From: Tubiluchus corallicola
Taxonomy: Eukaryota; Animalia; Priapulida
Assembly: GCA_030141605.1 (NCBI GenBank)
Contig: JAQGDQ010000027.1
Span: 248,001 to 312,000 of the forward strand
Direction: 5' to 3'
DNA length: 64,000 nucleotides
The notes under the pieces are model-generated. The model saw only the letters and a list, made by a program, of their open reading frames with translations. It made no database searches and had not been told where the DNA came from. Shown one piece after another: positions 63,522-64,000 of this stretch. Made by a program: the position numbers and the translations under genes. Position 1 is the stretch's first letter. Every line of letters begins with the position of its first letter.

Positions 63522-63646
63522 ATCCAAAATACATATTCAGAAACGCATTATTCAACAACTGTTTCCAAAATACACATTCAGAAACGCATTATTCAACAAC
63601 TGTTTCCAAAATACACATTCAAAAACGCATTATTCAACAACTGTTT
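63522..63646. repeat. 41-bp tandem repeat, about three copies, in LARS2 intron
   Basis: TCCAAAATACACATTCAGAAACGCATTATTCAACAACTGTT repeated. Confidence 0.9.
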
Positions 63647-64000
63647 CTTTAGTAAAAACATATTGCAAAGTGTCTCCACAGTGGGCTGTAGAAATAAACA
63701 AATTCTAAGCAATGCCAATAAAAGCAAAATAACGACACGAAAATAGACTCTGCTTGATTTGGTATAATAGCAAATAACACAGAATGGTTTAGGTGTACCT
63801 TGAAGGTACAAACACTTTGCATTCTTATATTTACTATGTAACACGTTTTTACCTTTGTTATTTTGTTTTTGACAATGACAATCAGACTTTATGTACTAAC
63901 AAATTGAATGTACATGTCTGTTGTAAGTATGTTCAAATAAATGATGATAATAATAATGATTCTGTAATACTGTCTACTAAACTAACAATTTACCTTTAAT

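Noticed and set aside
63522-63646. Repeat-spacer array
   Set aside because: Simple head-to-tail 41-bp tandem repeat.

Overview
AT-rich animal (probably invertebrate) genomic DNA with spliced genes. Left to right: (1) the last five coding exons of ABCE1 (+); (2) a complete 11-exon SLC7 light-chain amino-acid transporter, SLC7A9/b(0,+)AT-like, about 510 aa (-), convergent with ABCE1, whose introns hold LINE relics, MITEs and a decayed duplicate of its own third coding exon; (3) a young, intact Gmr1-type Ty3/Gypsy LTR retrotransposon (1085-bp near-identical LTRs, tRNA-Leu PBS, one 1623-aa ORF in the order gag-PR-IN-RT-RH); (4) a ~30-kb repeat-rich stretch with candidate 5' exons/promoter and a truncated P-element/THAP9-like transposon; (5) two tandem intronless divergent class A GPCRs (-); (6) the last three coding exons of mitochondrial leucyl-tRNA synthetase LARS2 (-). 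The most novel signal is inside both LTRs: an antisense tRNA-like unit with consensus Pol III A and B boxes, a strand-specific cUACGg hairpin and a T4 terminator. It is either a retrotransposon-encoded small Pol III RNA or an extended tRNA-Leu primer-binding system. All calls were made by eye; no database search or folding program was run.
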